Shown here: positions 60,461-64,000 of the stretch, in pieces
Position numbering within the stretch: the stretch's first letter is position 1
Layout of the letters: each line of letters starts with the position of its first letter
Origin: Ascidiella aspersa
Lineage: Eukaryota
Assembly (NCBI GenBank): GCA_963924565.1
Contig: OZ004607.1
Coordinates: forward strand, 4,650,001-4,714,000
Reading direction: 5' to 3'
DNA: 64,000 nucleotides
The notes under the pieces: model-generated
Told to the model about the DNA's origin: nothing
Database searches by the model: none
The model's input: the letters and a program-made list of their open reading frames with translations, nothing else
Program-made: the position numbers and the translations under genes

Positions 60461-63400
60461 ACGCTTTAGGCTAAAATCGCCCCATTTTACTCTTAAGGAA
60501 CAAGTAAAAAAATACGATCGACCGACCAACCAGAATTAGTTACGTCGTTGCGCAAGGGCGCGGGACTCGGCAGCGATTTTTGCCGACGCGTCTAATCGGC
60601 GATTAGGAGCATTACGCGGCGCGAGCGCGAAATTCCGGCGCTTCCCTAAGCCGGCAATCGAAACCGGGAACGGTAAACAATCAGCGGACAAGGGCGGCCA
60701 CGATTGGCTTCGAGGTCGAGGGCCTACTCGGGAGCCGGTTTGTGCTCTTGCGGCGCTGAGGCCCTACGACCCTCGAGCCCTAGGTAAGGACCGGCGAGTG
60801 GCCTCTCGGGCAGTTTAACGGCGGGCTAAGCACAGACTGCTGGCGCCAAAGGTGTCAGTCGTAACACAGTCGTGAGCGGGCGCAACATAAATAAAGCGGC
60901 AAGCAGACGGGCAAACAGGCAAGCGGGTCGCCCTATATGGGACTATAGCGGCAACCCGAGGGTCTCTGAGCCCTCCAAAAAAAGACAATAGCGGCAACGG
61001 CACGTCCATGTTGGCAGGTCTGCACTGCTGCTTCGAAAGCAGTCGGCTTACTGCTATTTCAACCTTAAACATATTAAAGTTTCACGCCAAAGTATGTAAA
61101 TTGGGGATTGGGTTACATGTGTTGCCGAGTAATCCATTTGCGCTGTTCAAATTCAAAGTGTAACAACCCAACTTTAACTGGGTTCAAAAGGGGTCGTGGA
61201 AAGTTGAAATAAAAAATATAACAGGATTAAAAATGCATTGGTGTTCTATAGGGGCCTTGTTCACATCCTAAAGGTCAGGAAAAAGCAAAACTGACAACAT
61301 ACGAATCCAGACGTTGATAAAGAGGGCGAGAACAGGTGAAAATGTAGAATAGCTTAAGTGACCTAAAAGGCGAAAATTTACAACTTGAAATCTAAAAACG
61401 GTGGCGCTTGGATCTACGTCAAGCGGTGCATCAGAATAGGGTAAAAAAACAGCGGTAAACAAGCGACCTTGGCGCTTTTCGAAAAGGTCACGTCAACTGG
61501 CCGCCAACCGCCTGTCGTCATTGCCTTGACCGTTATGTGTGATTGCCGGGGCCCTTGTCAGGGCGTCAAATTAATTCGGCAGAAGGCGGCGCTGCGGACT
61601 TCGACCAAACAAGCAGCAATCGTTGGTGCGATTGCGACGTGTATTGCCCGGGAGCTTGGCGTTTAAGATGGTGAAGCTGAGACACGGTCGATGGTGAGTG
61701 TGTGATCGCTTTCGGTGTACTCCAGATACGGAAGCCGCAATCGTTGGCCAAAACGCAAATTCAGAAAGTCTACATCACAGTTGTTGCTCACACATGTGTG
61801 TGTACCTTTTGCTCTGTAGGGTATATAGACTGTGATATTTAGAAGAAGGTTGTTTTACTTGAGAAAGACGTAAATTGCGTTTTTCTCGTCATAATACACG
61901 AATTTTTGTCAAGCTCAACTTTTTTTTAGGAGTCAAACTCAACCTTTTAGAAGTCAAGCTCAAGTTTACACGCAAAGCAAGGAAGTTTATATTGGCTTCA
62001 ATTTCGACGTGTTTAATAGCTAAACATGCTCGCGTGCGTTTGTATGTATTATGTACCTGTATGTACGTATTTATGCGCGTTTGTGTGTGCCTTAAGCCGC
62101 CACCGCCCTTCTGCTACCAAATCGCGCGGGCAAACAAGGAATGCGCCTCTGATTGACGCGATTTATCGGTCCGCGACTAAAAATAGCCGCCCCTAATGTG
62201 CTTGTCTACTGCTCGTCGATGGTTCCTCGGAAAATCGCGCAAAAGCGGTCCAGAAGGTCGCGATAACGAGCGCGATATCGTTTCGCAATCGGTTGTCGTT
62301 TGTTTGATCGCAAAACACAATAATCGCGACACGGCCAACACCGGGCAGCAATTTGGTACGGGTCCGCAAACAACGCTGAAGGACGCTCGTCGGGGAAAGT
62401 GACCGTAATCAATTGTTTTGGTTGCGCGCGACGCGAAACAAGCCAACACGGGAATCCTGCAAATATTTGCCGTCGCCTCCGAAAGCGTTGAAAGCGCCGC
62501 GGGCGTTGCGAGCGACGGCGGCGGTGGCGAAATCGCTTGGAATGGCAAAGAAGCGCTCAGCAGCGGCGGTAGCAGTTTGCGGCGACGCAATCGAATTGTC
62601 TGACGGGCCCCGACTCCGTGGCGCCATGAGGCCACTCCAGGGACAGAGCTCGGAGGAGTGAGAGCAAAGAGGAGAGAGGGAGCAACTTTGCTCCGGGAAC
62701 GCTTCTTCTCGCCGCTCGCCGTTTTACACAGGGGTGATTAGGAGCAAGAGTCTCCGGTAAATGAGGCTATCCACCCGGTAATAATGTTTACATGCCCAAT
62801 GTGTTAGATCCTATCGCGCGGCTCGCCGGCCAATCCCTTCACGCCCCGCAACCTGTAACGGCCCATGTGCAGTATTACACGGCCGCTTCGCAAAAACAGC
62901 AGGCTTCTTTTTATGGGCCTGATTTCTGACCATTTTTACGCAACTTATATTGAGTGAGAAAACTTGACAAATAAAAAACGGCCTGGAGGTTTGAGTATTA
63001 TTTCTGGGTGGTGCCGGAGGCCATGGAAGTTTGGTAATCACTTTGTTAAAGGGACAAAAGTAGTACTTTTAACTTTTTTATGGGAAACAATGTATTTAAA
63101 GCAAAAAAAGGCACAAAAACATATATAAAGGTGATCTAAGGTGCTTAACGAAAACAAACTAAAGGTGAAATTAAAATATAAGTAGATTGAAAAAAAGGAT
63201 TTACCTGGTATCACGCGTAAAGTAAACTGACCATGAGTCACGAAATAGTTTAAAAAAATGGAAGCCACCAGTCGTTCAAGTCGCATAATTTAAAGACAAT
63301 GGTAATGTAAATAACCTGTTCGCCAATCTTAAGCAGGTTCGGGCAGAAACTGGTACAGATCGGATCAATCGCGCAATTACGTTGAACTATGTGTGACGCC

Positions 63401-64000
63401 ACCCTAACAAAATAAAAAATACACATATAAAAAAATTGGTGACACTGCCTTTGAAGCTGTTACGGAAACAGAATAGAAACGGCACTGAAGTGCCTGACCG
63501 CATTCCATAATATGTGGCAGCCAAATATATGTGGTTAGCTTCAAAATAGGACGATATATACACCGAAAACGACCTTTTTGTTTCATTAAACTTATTACGC
63601 CGGCGATATTGTACACCAAATGACGTCATTAGCGTGATTTTGAGCAAGCATTCCACGCCAAGGATCTCTGGCGGGAAGGCACTAGAATGCAATCTGGCTG
63701 AAGTGTGCTTTGAATTAGAATCCCGACGCTTTCCGCAGGAGATCTTGTAAACCTGCTCGATATAGGCGGATTTTTTGCGCGATTAGGACGCCCAAATGGC
63801 GTGGCCGGGTCACTGGGAGGTTTGCAGCAACCTGTCGAGCACCGCAACACGAATTTCGGGCAATCAAACTTATGTTCGCCACACAATCCGGTGCGAATAA
63901 TCGCGAAAATCCCGAATTAGCGCGCGAAAGAGCCGCGAAGCCGCCAATACAGGTCGCTTCCAGCGTCGCTCTGGCTGGCCTGTTGTTTTGAGGTGAAAAA

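Noticed and set aside
60833-60847. Smad1/5-Smad4 BMP response element (AGAC...GGCGCC)
   Set aside because: The spacing is 4 nt rather than the canonical 5, and GGCGCC is common in these CpG-rich blocks.

Overview
This window is animal genomic DNA built around one spliced + strand gene, a Tbx2/3 (omb-class) T-box transcription factor. The source is probably an invertebrate deuterostome such as a tunicate, but that taxon is an inference. I reconstruct six coding exons: 31539-31918, 44270-44540, 47892-48038, 52913-52989, 53129-53226 and 53770-55007. Together they give 2211 nt and 736 aa, with GT-AG introns in matching phases. Exons 4 and 5 are absent from the ORF track in their coding frame. About 30 kb upstream, the 12.35-kb first intron and the 3' flank appear non-coding: CpG-rich, motif-dense blocks alternate with AT-rich spacers holding many short hAT-type MITEs and local duplications. 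Three unexpected signals stand out. (1) A dispersed short retroelement family carries minimal hammerhead-ribozyme motifs of the Penelope/retrozyme type, with an intact core at 22849-22890 (-), relatives at about 8672 and 45075-45249, and a second type at 49000. (2) A ~160-bp 28S rRNA fragment sits inside a hAT-like MITE (16570-16941). (3) An insertion with a 20-bp target duplication carries an inverted copy of its own flank (24002-24437). Nearly all other listed ORFs look spurious.
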